DNA from: an uncultured Chloroflexia bacterium
GTDB taxonomy: Bacteria; Chloroflexota; Dehalococcoidia; DSTF01; JALHUB01
Assembly: GCA_963835655.1 (NCBI GenBank)
Contig: CAWIGJ010000003.1
Location: 1,011,380-1,075,379 of the forward strand
Direction of reading: 5' to 3'
DNA: 64,000 nucleotides
Shown here: in pieces, positions 49,625-58,140 of the stretch
Numbering within the stretch: position 1 is the first letter of the stretch
Layout: the number at the start of each line of letters is the position of its first letter
Translations under genes and position numbers: made by a program
Notes under the pieces: model-generated
Told to the model about the DNA's origin: nothing
Databases searched by the model: none
Seen by the model: only the letters and a program-made list of their open reading frames with translations

Positions 49625-49701
49625 GGGCCGCTAGCTCAATTTGGCAGAGCAGCTGACTCTTAATCAGCCGGTTCCAGGTTCGAGTCCTGGGCGGCCTACC
49701 A
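49625..49701 (+). tRNA. tRNA-Lys (anticodon CTT)
   Basis: Cloverleaf folds as GGGCCGC/GCGGCCT acceptor, GCTC/GAGC D-stem, GCTGA/TCAGC anticodon stem with loop CTCTTAA, and a CCAGG/CCTGG T-stem with a TTCGAGT loop. CCA is encoded. Confidence 0.9.
49655..49701 (+). repeat. attL core: the 3' 47 nt of tRNA-Lys, identical to 62920-62966
   Basis: Exact 47/47 match: gactcttaatcagccggttccaggttcgagtcctgggcggcctacca. Confidence 0.85.
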
Positions 49702-49714
49702 GAAAACGAATCTA

Positions 49715-49740
49715 GAAAGGCCCCCTTCGAGGGGCCTTTC
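49715..49740. terminator. Perfect hairpin GAAAGGCCCC cttcga GGGGCCTTTC, likely a bidirectional terminator between tRNA-Lys and the first element gene
   Basis: 10-bp perfect stem. T-rich flank on the minus strand (TTTCTAGATTCGTTTTCTGG). Confidence 0.45.
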
Positions 49741-49758
49741 TGCTTACCTTCCTTAGCA

Positions 49759-49778
49759 TTTGCTAACATTTTGCTAAC
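49759..49778 (+). repeat. Two direct copies of TTTGCTAAC (plus an overlapping TTAGCA/TGCTAA inverted repeat) just inside attL; candidate integrase arm sites
   Basis: ccTTAGCAtTTGCTAACatTTTGCTAACgc. The same 9-mer pair occurs at 62768-62789. Confidence 0.5.
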
Positions 49779-50169
49779 GCTCGTGTGGGCGGTAGTGTCC
49801 CACTAGAAACGCCAAGTGCGCGGTACTCATCAGGAAGGCGGTCGCCTTCGGTCCGACCGACGTTGAACCTGTGGCCTCCCTACGGTGCATAAAGAAGAGA
49901 AGATTGGTCGTTAGGAGAGCGAGGGCGGCTCTCTCTATATCCGTTTTGTGCGAAGCGTCCGCCGCGACGACACAAGCCGCTATATAGTCAAAGGCCTTGT
50001 CCGAATGAAGTTCAGGCTTAGAGACGTTCAGTTGTTTTGCTAACTGACGGAGGGTCTCAAGCACAATCTCATTTCCAGTATTTGGGTCTGTGTCAGCATC
50101 TTCCACTTGCTTGAGCCAAGCGACAGCCTCGGCTTCCCCCAATAGATCCATTTCGCTGTTCTCATCCAT
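49774..50169 (-). CDS. Hypothetical protein (131 aa), element cargo
   Basis: ORF only. No recognisable motif. Confidence 0.4.
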   Translation of the reverse strand: MDENSEMDLLGEAEAVAWLKQVEDADTDPNTGNEIVLETLRQLAKQLNVSKPELHSDKAFDYIAACVVAADASHKTDIERAALALLTTNLLFFMHRREATGSTSVGPKATAFLMSTAHLAFLVGHYRPHER

Positions 50170-50173
50170 CTTG

Positions 50174-51316
50174 TCACCTACTGAACACTAGCGCCGCCAC
50201 CCGCTCTGCGGCGTCCTCTTGCAAGCCGGGGATAACGGCGCTGTAGACGTCGAGGGTAAAGGCGACGCTGCTATGTCCGAGCCGTTCACTGACCACTTTC
50301 GGGTGAACGCCAGCGGCCAACGCAAGGCTGGCGTGACCGTGGCGCAAATCATGCAGCCTTATCGTGGGCAGGCCAGCCGACTTCACGAGGAGCTGGAAAT
50401 GGCCCGAGAAGGACTCGGGGTTTACGGGGCCGCCGTCCGGCGCCGTGAATACCAGCGCCTCGGCGTCGGGCGCCCCTAGTCCAAGAGTCATGCGATCTTC
50501 CAGCACCCGCTTGCGGTGAGCCCTGAGAACGGCGATCGTGGTCGTGTCTAGGCTGATCTTGCGGTTGCCCCGGCCTGTCTTCGGCTCGCTCGAAAGGATT
50601 TGCCCCTTCACGCTGATAAGCGTCTGATTGACGCTGAGGTGGCCAGCCTTGAGGTCTAGGTCACACCACCTTGCCCCCAGTGCTTCGCCGCGTCTCATGC
50701 CCGTGGTGGCGAGTAGGAACAGGGGCTGGTAGTAGTAGTCACCTTCTATATGTCGGAGGAATTGGCCCAGTTGGTCAGCGTTCCATGTCCGAAGGGTATG
50801 GTTACGCTGCTGCTTTGGTGGGCTTGCAGCAGCGGCCACGTTCCTAGTCACGTCACCCCATTTGAGGGCTTCGCCCAATGCGCGGTGCAACGTCGCGTGG
50901 CAATAGCGCACCGTTCGGGGCGATAAACCGCCCTTGCCCTGGCGCCGGCCGCTTTCCAGGAGTTCAGCGTAAAGGCTATTCAACTGGCCGGGGGTGAGTT
51001 TCTGCAACGGCGTGCTACCTATTCGCGGCTTGATATAGCTTTCGACTATCAGCCGGTAGCCCTCGAGCGTTGACGCGCGGACGCTGGCCCGCGCCTGATC
51101 CAGCCATCGCGTCAGGAACATGGCCAGCGTTTCCCGTGAGGGCTCTACAAGGTTGCCCGTGGCGTAGCGCTGAAGCGTCTCCGTTAGCCCGGCCTCGCAC
51201 TCTTTCCGCGTACGAAATCCGCCCTTAGTCCGCTGCCGACGCCGGCCCTTTTCGTCGCGGCCAACGTCGAGCGTATAGCTCCAGGTCCTGCCCCTCTTGC
51301 CGACGTGTCCTTTCAT
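50174..51316 (-). CDS. Tyrosine-type phage integrase
   Basis: Catalytic box R…HDLRH…LGHSSVAFTLDVY. Adjacent to attL and tRNA. Start probably the internal Met (MKGHVGKRG) next to the upstream gene stop. Confidence 0.85.
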   Translation of the reverse strand: MKGHVGKRGRTWSYTLDVGRDEKGRRRQRTKGGFRTRKECEAGLTETLQRYATGNLVEPSRETLAMFLTRWLDQARASVRASTLEGYRLIVESYIKPRIGSTPLQKLTPGQLNSLYAELLESGRRQGKGGLSPRTVRYCHATLHRALGEALKWGDVTRNVAAAASPPKQQRNHTLRTWNADQLGQFLRHIEGDYYYQPLFLLATTGMRRGEALGARWCDLDLKAGHLSVNQTLISVKGQILSSEPKTGRGNRKISLDTTTIAVLRAHRKRVLEDRMTLGLGAPDAEALVFTAPDGGPVNPESFSGHFQLLVKSAGLPTIRLHDLRHGHASLALAAGVHPKVVSERLGHSSVAFTLDVYSAVIPGLQEDAAERVAALVFSR

Positions 51317-52221
51317 GATTGCCCTCCTCTGTGTTCTCGCGCCCATGCGCGATCCCGACAGCGCTTGTCATGGTACTCTTGCAGCCCGTGGGCGACGCCG
51401 AAGAGACGCCCGCAACCTTTGCAGAGCTGCCATCGTTTACCGGCCGCTAGGTCTTCATAGAGTTGCAGCCACATGGCAGTTTCTAAGTCGCCACAGCTCG
51501 ATCCACCTTTGATTCTGCCACCATCAATGGAGAGCCCTAGCCGAACGCTCTCCAACCGTTCCCAGAACACCGACGCCAAGCGAACCTGCTTCTCCTCTAG
51601 GTCCGGATCGTCGTCGAACTCCTCTGCGTCTCGTACCTGCTTCACGAGCCGAACGGCCTCAGAGAACTCGATGGCTTGTATAAGCAAGCGCCAGAGAATG
51701 ATCCTGACTTTGCCGTCCGCGTCCTCCAGATCGGCGAAGATGGGGCGCGGCGGTGATTGCCGAGTGTAGATAATGCCGCCCGGTAGAGGTCGCGGAAGGA
51801 CTGGCCCCCAATTGACGACGAACGCTCGCGCCTCGCGCTGGATCGCCCCGTTGAACGAGGCGTATATGGCAAGGGTTTCCGCAGAATCTTCGCCGCTCGG
51901 TGCCGACCTTTGCCCTGCGTCCTGCGCATGCTTTCCTAGCGCGGCGAAGTCGCTGTAGGGCTGCGGCGTCAGTCTGAGCGGCTCATACCCCTCGCGGCTG
52001 AAGTCCACGAGCGCGCCGTCAAACTGTAACGCGACGGGGTCGCCGCCGACGCGCCAGTGCTGCCTGTTTCCCTTCGGCCACCAAAAGACCGTGAAAGTGT
52101 CGTCGCGTTTCTGCATTTCGGCCCCTATCTCGGCGGAAATCGGCTTGGCCTCGTCTATTATTGCACGGTACCATACCAGTGTCAAGCGATTAGAAGGGGA
52201 TAGGAGCAGAAAAAATGACAC
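51313..52221 (-). CDS. Hypothetical protein with a C-terminal CGNR-like zinc-finger (CxxC…F…C-R-x-R…HR)
   Basis: C-terminus RWQLCKGCGRLFGVAHGLQEYHDKRCRDRAWAREHR resembles the zf-CGNR signature. The N-terminal ~35 aa may be an over-extension. Confidence 0.4.
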   Translation of the reverse strand: MSFFLLLSPSNRLTLVWYRAIIDEAKPISAEIGAEMQKRDDTFTVFWWPKGNRQHWRVGGDPVALQFDGALVDFSREGYEPLRLTPQPYSDFAALGKHAQDAGQRSAPSGEDSAETLAIYASFNGAIQREARAFVVNWGPVLPRPLPGGIIYTRQSPPRPIFADLEDADGKVRIILWRLLIQAIEFSEAVRLVKQVRDAEEFDDDPDLEEKQVRLASVFWERLESVRLGLSIDGGRIKGGSSCGDLETAMWLQLYEDLAAGKRWQLCKGCGRLFGVAHGLQEYHDKRCRDRAWAREHRGGQS

Positions 52222-52439
52222 AGAAGAATGCGATGGCGGTAGACGTTCGCCGGCTGCCGCCGACGGTCACCGTTCCCGAAGCGGGTAGCTTGCTGGGAAT
52301 CAGTCGCGGGTCCGCTTACGAGGCCGCCCGTACGGGGCAAATCCCGGCCCTGAGAATCGGGGCGCGCCTCGTGGTGCCTACGGCGCAGTTGCTCCGGCTT
52401 CTAGAGGGTGTGCCCACCGAGCCGAAGCCGGGCGCCTGA
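52215..52439 (+). CDS. Excisionase/AlpA-family HTH DNA-binding protein
   Basis: VTVPEAGSLLGISRGSAYEAARTGQIPALRIGARLVVPTAQLLRLLEG matches the excisionase-family HTH pattern. Divergent from the integrase. Confidence 0.65.
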   Translation: MTQKNAMAVDVRRLPPTVTVPEAGSLLGISRGSAYEAARTGQIPALRIGARLVVPTAQLLRLLEGVPTEPKPGA

Positions 52440-52549
52440 GCCGACAAGGGCCGTGAGCACGTTGACTGAACTCCGTCCTGCGCGCGCTTTGTGCCCGCGC
52501 TGCCAATTTCGGTTCGAGCTTCTTTCGGAAGTCCGGGTAGAGGATAGCG

Positions 52550-53527
52550 TTGCCTGCCCCAAGTGCCATGTCGTGGTTTGCCCCGAACGGGAGCCGCTCG
52601 ACCAAAGTTGGTGGGCTTGGGCGAATAGCAGAGGGGCAGACCGTGAATCTTGACGACATTCTCCCGCTTCTCGATTCGCCCGCCGGCGATCCTTTCGGCG
52701 GGAAGCCGGTTGCGCCGGACCGTCACACGTGGTTTTTCTGCCCCGTTCATGCGGATGGCAGCAAGCACGGGCGCCGCTCGGCAACCTTTCACCCCCGCTA
52801 TGGCCTGACCTGTTTCGCCGGCTGCGAAAGGCGCGACATCATTGCCGCGCTCCAAAAGCGCGGCGGCGTTCATCCCGCCCATACACCGAGCGACAGCAGC
52901 CCCGCGCATCGCTCGAGGTCAAAAGCGATCCCTGGCCGGATCGTCGCCCGCTACCCGTACCCCGACGAAAGGGGCCAGTTGCTGTATGAGGCCCTACGCA
53001 AGGAGACGGCTGACGGCAAGACATTCCTTTTGCGGCGGCCTAACGGCATGGGCGGCTGGATTTGGAACATTGACGGCATGCGCCGTGTCCTCTATCGGCT
53101 TCCCGAACTCCTGGCGGCTGACCCTAGCGCCTTTGTTTTCATCTGTGAGGGCGAGAAGCGCGTTGATGCGCTTGCTCGGCTCGGCCTCACGGCGACAACA
53201 AACGTAGGCGGCGCCGGGAAGTGGAAACCCGCCTGTAACGACTATCTTCGCCGCCGGCGCGTCGTGATCCTTCCCGACAACGATCCGCCAGGAGCCGAAC
53301 ACGCTGAGCAAGTGGCGCGCTCACTTATGGGCGTCGCCGCTGAAGTCCGCGTGATCGTGCTGCCCGGCCTGCCTTTCAAGGGCGACATCATTAACTGGCT
53401 TGCTGCTGGCGGCAACCGCGAAATACTCCTAGCCCTGGCAGAGCGCCCGCCGACGGAGCGGCCATCTTCCGCCGACTTCCCGAAAGCCGTCCGGGTGAGC
53501 GTCCTTAACGCCGCAGGAGTTGCCTGA
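52550..53527 (+). CDS. Phage/plasmid primase (CHC2 zinc finger plus Toprim)
   Basis: CPVHADGSKHGRRSATFHPRYGLTCFAGC (CHC2). Toprim glutamate in ICEGEKRVDAL and DxD in ILPDNDPPG. Confidence 0.75.
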   Translation: MPAPSAMSWFAPNGSRSTKVGGLGRIAEGQTVNLDDILPLLDSPAGDPFGGKPVAPDRHTWFFCPVHADGSKHGRRSATFHPRYGLTCFAGCERRDIIAALQKRGGVHPAHTPSDSSPAHRSRSKAIPGRIVARYPYPDERGQLLYEALRKETADGKTFLLRRPNGMGGWIWNIDGMRRVLYRLPELLAADPSAFVFICEGEKRVDALARLGLTATTNVGGAGKWKPACNDYLRRRRVVILPDNDPPGAEHAEQVARSLMGVAAEVRVIVLPGLPFKGDIINWLAAGGNREILLALAERPPTERPSSADFPKAVRVSVLNAAGVA

Positions 53528-54750
53528 TGCCTCAGCCTAGCACGCGGGAGGAAGTTGCCATCGTCGCATTCGGTGACGGCTCGCACACCGACCGGGAGCA
53601 AGTTCTGGAAGTGGTAAGCCGCTGGCTGAGAATCGGCGACCTCGAGGCGGTCGACGTCATCATGGCAACCGCTATCGCAATCTACCTGCCGGGCGATCCC
53701 CTTTGGCTTCACGTTGTAGCTCCACCTGGAGGCACCAAGAGCGAGTTACTGCGGTCGCTACAGGGGCCAAGGGTCGTCAGCATTTCCACCATGACGCCGC
53801 AGACGCTCATCTCGGGCCTCAAGGGGCACGGTGAGGACATCGACCTGCTGCCTAAGCTCGATGGCAAACTGCTTATCATCAAGGACTTCACGTCCATTCT
53901 TTCAAAGAAGTCAGAGGACCAGGCGGCAATCTTCGCCGACTTGCGCGAAGCATATGACGGCTATCTTGAAAAGTCCTTCGGCTCCGGCGTCGGGATAAAG
54001 GGCTACAATGCCAGTTTCGGACTCATTGCGGGCGTCACGCCCGCGATAGACATGTTCCGGACTGTCCATTCCTTGCTCGGCGAGCGCTTCCTTCGGGTCA
54101 ATGTTGTTGGCGATGAACAGGGCGCCGTCACGCGCTCCAGTGAGCTTGAGGGCCAAGAGAAGACAATGCGCCAAGAGCTCGGCGCCGCTGTCGGCGGCTA
54201 TCTCACGCATGCCGGCGAATGGGTTGACCCCGACGTGCTGGTAGAAGAGCGTTTCCTTCAGCAGCTCCGGGCACTGGCACAGCTCACGGCTGCCCTGCGT
54301 TCCCCCGTCGCTCGCGACCGTCAGCACCACGTCCTCTATTCGCCTCAGCGTGAGATAGGTACGCGGCTCGTTAAGCAGCTTCAGAAACTTGGCAAGGCGC
54401 TCGCCAACTGGCGGGAACGCCTGATAGTCAGCGCTGAAGATTACGCTACCGTTCGTCGCGTCGCGCTTGACTGCATACCGAGCGGACGAATTGCCGCCCT
54501 GCGGCCGCTCCTAGAGGCGGATACGTGGCTATCGACAAAACAGGTAGGGCAAGCCGCTAACCAGCATACCGACACCGCAAACGAGCATCTTCATGACATG
54601 TGGATGCTCCATCTCCTACAACGCGAAGGTGACGCCGCCTATTCATGGGCAGTAGCGGATGAAACCCGCCAACTGCTAGGAAGGGCGGCTATCGACCTAC
54701 GGACGCAAAACACCCTGAGTAGGCTAGATGAGGCAATGGAATGCCCTTAA
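53527..54750 (+). CDS. Primase-associated P-loop NTPase / replicative helicase-like protein
   Basis: Walker-A-like VVAPPGGTKSE and Walker-B-like KLLIIKDF. Start overlaps the primase stop (ATGA), suggesting translational coupling. Confidence 0.45.
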   Translation: MPQPSTREEVAIVAFGDGSHTDREQVLEVVSRWLRIGDLEAVDVIMATAIAIYLPGDPLWLHVVAPPGGTKSELLRSLQGPRVVSISTMTPQTLISGLKGHGEDIDLLPKLDGKLLIIKDFTSILSKKSEDQAAIFADLREAYDGYLEKSFGSGVGIKGYNASFGLIAGVTPAIDMFRTVHSLLGERFLRVNVVGDEQGAVTRSSELEGQEKTMRQELGAAVGGYLTHAGEWVDPDVLVEERFLQQLRALAQLTAALRSPVARDRQHHVLYSPQREIGTRLVKQLQKLGKALANWRERLIVSAEDYATVRRVALDCIPSGRIAALRPLLEADTWLSTKQVGQAANQHTDTANEHLHDMWMLHLLQREGDAAYSWAVADETRQLLGRAAIDLRTQNTLSRLDEAMECP

Positions 54751-54811
54751 TTGTTAAGACTCAAGGACGCAAAACACCCTGTGCAAGCACGAGGACAAAT
54801 ATAATTTGTCC
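54701..54811 (+). promoter_or_regulatory. Origin-like region: two 17-bp direct repeats GGACGCAAAACACCCTG (54701-54717 and 54765-54781) followed by the AT-rich palindrome GGACAAATATAATTTGTCC (54793-54811)
   Basis: Read directly. Located at the 3' end of, and just after, the helicase-like gene. Confidence 0.5.
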
Positions 54812-55091
54812 TTTTAGAACGTCGGCGGCTACTGGGGGTACTTTGCGCCCCTGGCCTACTGCCTGCCAACAAGCGCGTGTGCTACCCGCTCCGGCCACAA
54901 AATCACGCGGCGACAGCCGCCCAAGCGGTAGGCTCAGTGGATGCGGCAGAACGAAGGCCCTGCCATGACTGCCACCAAAGAGGACTCGGCCCGTGAGCAA
55001 AGCGTTAGCAGGCAAGCGGGATCGAATCTGGAAAAGGCCCAGCAGCGGATTGGTAGTCAGCGGGATTACACACTAACGGAGTCTGACTAGG

Positions 55092-55631
55092 ATGGCCGTC
55101 AAAGCCGAAATAGAGCCCGCCACAGGCGCGCTAGAGCCGCGATCTATCTCGCCGGCGCAACGTCAGCAGCGCCAGCTCGCAGCCGTGAAGACGGGTCTGT
55201 ATGTAAAAGCCCCTGCTGGCCTCAGGCTCAGGTCGCGAAGAGTGCGCCGCTTGGTAAGCAAAATGCGCGCGGTCATGCCGTGGCTTGACGATAGCGACTT
55301 GCCAGCTTGTAGGGCGTGGGCAGAGTTCGAGATTCTAGGCGCTACTGCCTTCGCCGATCTCATTGAGCGCGGCATGACAAACGACAATGGCGATCCGCGC
55401 CGGTTGCTGGGCGAATTCAGGCAACTTCGGCAGGCGCAACTCGGCTATGAGCGCGGTCTAGGAATGACGCCAGCCGCCCGCATGTCCTTGCGGGTAGGCG
55501 ACAGCCGGGCGCGTTCGTTCGATAGGGGCGGCGTTGCCGCATCTGCTGAGGACGTGGCAGCGCTTGAAACGCGCGTCCTGGCGCGTCTAGGGCCGCAAGG
55601 AACGGCGGCAGAGGTGAACAGTGGAGACTAA
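55092..55631 (+). CDS. Terminase small subunit (P27-family-like)
   Basis: 179 aa. Overlaps the terL start by 11 nt. Sequence character fits the P27 small terminase family. Confidence 0.55.
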   Translation: MAVKAEIEPATGALEPRSISPAQRQQRQLAAVKTGLYVKAPAGLRLRSRRVRRLVSKMRAVMPWLDDSDLPACRAWAEFEILGATAFADLIERGMTNDNGDPRRLLGEFRQLRQAQLGYERGLGMTPAARMSLRVGDSRARSFDRGGVAASAEDVAALETRVLARLGPQGTAAEVNSGD

Positions 55632-57000
55632 CGACGCCCTGGCGCAATCGCCCTTGTTGTGGGCGCTGGAGCGGCTTCACCGCCTCAACGGACGGCCTTT
55701 CACGCTCTATGACTACCAGCTTCACGTCCTGGCAAACCGCTCGCCGCGTGTGCTGGTCCTGAAGTCGCGACAAGTCGGGCTATCGACAGCGGCGGCGATC
55801 AGGGCGGCTCACGAATTGCTGTTCAACGAACGGGCGATGGTGCTGGTAGTGAGCCGCGATCAGGACGCCGCCGGCCACTTCCTTGCGACCGTCCTTGACA
55901 TTCTCGACTCACTTGCTGAGCCGCCTGACTTCACGCGGCGCGGCGTCTTTGAGGCGCAACTAAAGAACGGATCACGCATCCTGTCGCAAGCGGCGACAGG
56001 CAAGGCAGGGCGCGGCGTTAGGGCGACACTCGTGGTCTGTGATGAATTCGCCTTTATGGATTATGACGCGGCGATCTTCCGCGCCGTCAGCCCGACGATA
56101 GCGCGCGGCGGGCGGCTAATCGTGATCAGCACGCCCAACGGTCAAAACAATCTCTTCTTCAGACTGTGGCACGGCAACGAAGGCGGCGATTGGTCAAGGC
56201 ATCGCGTCCACTGGAGCGACTGCCCGGCGTTTGATCCGGCATGGTTTGAGCGGGAACGTCCGAACTATACCGCCCGCGACTGGGCGCAAGAGTTCGATTT
56301 GGACTTCGTTGCGAGTGGCGGCGCTGCCTTCCGTCCTGAGGACGTTGACGCCATGGCCGATGGATGGCAGGGCTATCAGCCGCGCAAGGATGATGAGCGG
56401 TTTGCGATCTATGTCACGGGCGTTGACGTCGGCCGCAAGCATGACGCGACCGTGCTAATCACCCTGAGGACTGACAGGCGACCGTTCCAGATCGTCGCGT
56501 TCGAGCGGCTAGTGGGCTGTCCCTACGCTCAGCAGCAGGCCTTGATCGAGGCGCGGGCCGAAGCCTACGGCGGCAAGGTGATAGTCGAGAGCAACGGGAT
56601 CGGCGACCCGGTTCTCGAGGCGCTGCATTGCTACGCCGATCCCTTCGTAACGACTCAACAGAGCAAGGCGCACGGCCTGACGCGGCTCATTCAACTGGTA
56701 GAGCAGCGCCAGATCAAGGGCGACATTCCCGAGTTGCTGTCAGAACTTCGCTCCTACGAATGGGAGGATTCGCGGCTCAAAACAGACTGTGTAATGGCCC
56801 TGATGCTCGCTTGCACGGGCATCGTCGAGTATTACGTATCGTTCCAAGAGCTTCAGGACATGATGGACGAAGGCTCGCGCGGGCGGGGAACTATCGTCAC
56901 AAACTCTGACGGCACGCGCTGGTTGAATTCGAGTTGCGTTGAGGACGACGCCCGAGCGGATGAAGCGGGCGCGTTCCATAGCATCCCGACAGTCTTTTGA
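55621..57000 (+). CDS. Terminase large subunit (ATPase plus RNaseH-like nuclease)
   Basis: Walker A region VLKSRQVGLST, Walker B LVVCDEFAF, and the nuclease Asp cluster YVTGVDVGRKHDATVL. Confidence 0.75.
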   Translation: METNDALAQSPLLWALERLHRLNGRPFTLYDYQLHVLANRSPRVLVLKSRQVGLSTAAAIRAAHELLFNERAMVLVVSRDQDAAGHFLATVLDILDSLAEPPDFTRRGVFEAQLKNGSRILSQAATGKAGRGVRATLVVCDEFAFMDYDAAIFRAVSPTIARGGRLIVISTPNGQNNLFFRLWHGNEGGDWSRHRVHWSDCPAFDPAWFERERPNYTARDWAQEFDLDFVASGGAAFRPEDVDAMADGWQGYQPRKDDERFAIYVTGVDVGRKHDATVLITLRTDRRPFQIVAFERLVGCPYAQQQALIEARAEAYGGKVIVESNGIGDPVLEALHCYADPFVTTQQSKAHGLTRLIQLVEQRQIKGDIPELLSELRSYEWEDSRLKTDCVMALMLACTGIVEYYVSFQELQDMMDEGSRGRGTIVTNSDGTRWLNSSCVEDDARADEAGAFHSIPTVF

Positions 57001-57028
57001 CACTGCCGGGGTAGGAAAGGAAACGGAA

Positions 57029-57391
57029 ATGGCGACAGGAACCTCAAACGAGAAAGTCAGGGAGCACCTGAAGACGCTGAGTGAACAGATGCGCCTTCGC
57101 TACAACGTGCTGGAGGACCGGCGCGCGGCTGAAGAGGCGGGCAACTCAGTGATTCCGCCAGGGCTGCCAGGAGAAACATTCGGCTTCAAGACGACAACGC
57201 GAATCGACGCGCCGGCCATCATGAAAGTTGACCCGAAGGCTAACGCTGCCATGAAGCAGCGGCTCCAGAACGTGTTGGGCGTTGCGAAGCTGCTTGGTGT
57301 TCCCGAAGACAAGGCGCGAGAACAGTTCGAGCGGGAACAGGCAGGCCAGCGGCCGCTCGATAACACCGTGCCGGGATTCAAGGGAGTGTAA
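57029..57391 (+). CDS. Hypothetical phage protein (120 aa)
   Basis: RBS GGAAAGGAAACGG. ATG at 57029 follows terL. Confidence 0.45.
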   Translation: MATGTSNEKVREHLKTLSEQMRLRYNVLEDRRAAEEAGNSVIPPGLPGETFGFKTTTRIDAPAIMKVDPKANAAMKQRLQNVLGVAKLLGVPEDKAREQFEREQAGQRPLDNTVPGFKGV

Positions 57392-57394
57392 ACC

Positions 57395-57715
57395 ATGCAA
57401 ACGGGAGACGTACACCGCGTCGATTTTGCCAACGTTCGGCGCTACGCCGACAGCGAACTCGACCGCTGCTGGAGTTGCCGCAACTTGGCGCGCTGTTCTG
57501 GCGATTGTCACTCGCACGCCGAGCCGCCCGTCGCTGTAAAGGTTAACGGCTCAGCGGATGCGCGGGCGAGACAGCAACTCGATGAAGTCCTGACGGTCGG
57601 CAAGGGCGCCGGTCTTAGTGAAGCACAAGTCCTCGAGCAAAGGCTGAGGCAGCTTCAGGGCAAGCCGCCGGTTCCCGATGGAACTTTCGGCTTCAACGGG
57701 GGTCACGCCCAATGA
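57395..57715 (+). CDS. Hypothetical Cys-rich protein (CWSC…C…C…H)
   Basis: ORF in the structural/packaging module. Possible zinc-binding. Confidence 0.4.
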   Translation: MQTGDVHRVDFANVRRYADSELDRCWSCRNLARCSGDCHSHAEPPVAVKVNGSADARARQQLDEVLTVGKGAGLSEAQVLEQRLRQLQGKPPVPDGTFGFNGGHAQ

Positions 57716-57930
57716 CCCCGCTCATCGAGGAATTGGCGGCGCGCGTCGAAAACGGCCAAATCCGCCTATCGCGACTGCCGCCGGGCGAAACGCGCGATCA
57801 AGTGGCGGCGCGACTGGAGAAGGATCGCGGCGACTTGCAGCGCTGGCTCGACGTAGAAGAGCTTGAAAGAAACAGCCGGGCGAACAGCGCTGAGCCCCTG
57901 CCGTGGGACTTGCGACGGAAGGAACTGTGA
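57712..57930 (+). CDS. Hypothetical protein (72 aa)
   Basis: Overlaps the preceding gene by 4 nt. Confidence 0.35.
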   Translation: MTPLIEELAARVENGQIRLSRLPPGETRDQVAARLEKDRGDLQRWLDVEELERNSRANSAEPLPWDLRRKEL

Positions 57931-58140
57931 ATCGCGTTAGGTGCGTGAAGTGAACGAAGTGAATTTCGGCTCGGACAGGTGTGGCTTCACCTCCTTGTTG
58001 TCTGCCTGTCCGGTCGGCGTGTCGGGCCGGGGTGTGTGACGCGCGACTTCCATCGCGTTGCCATAACGAGCTTGACCTCCTTGAGCTCCCCGGTCCGGAG
58101 CGCTTCAAGTCAGGGTGACGCAATTTGAAAGGATAGCCCA

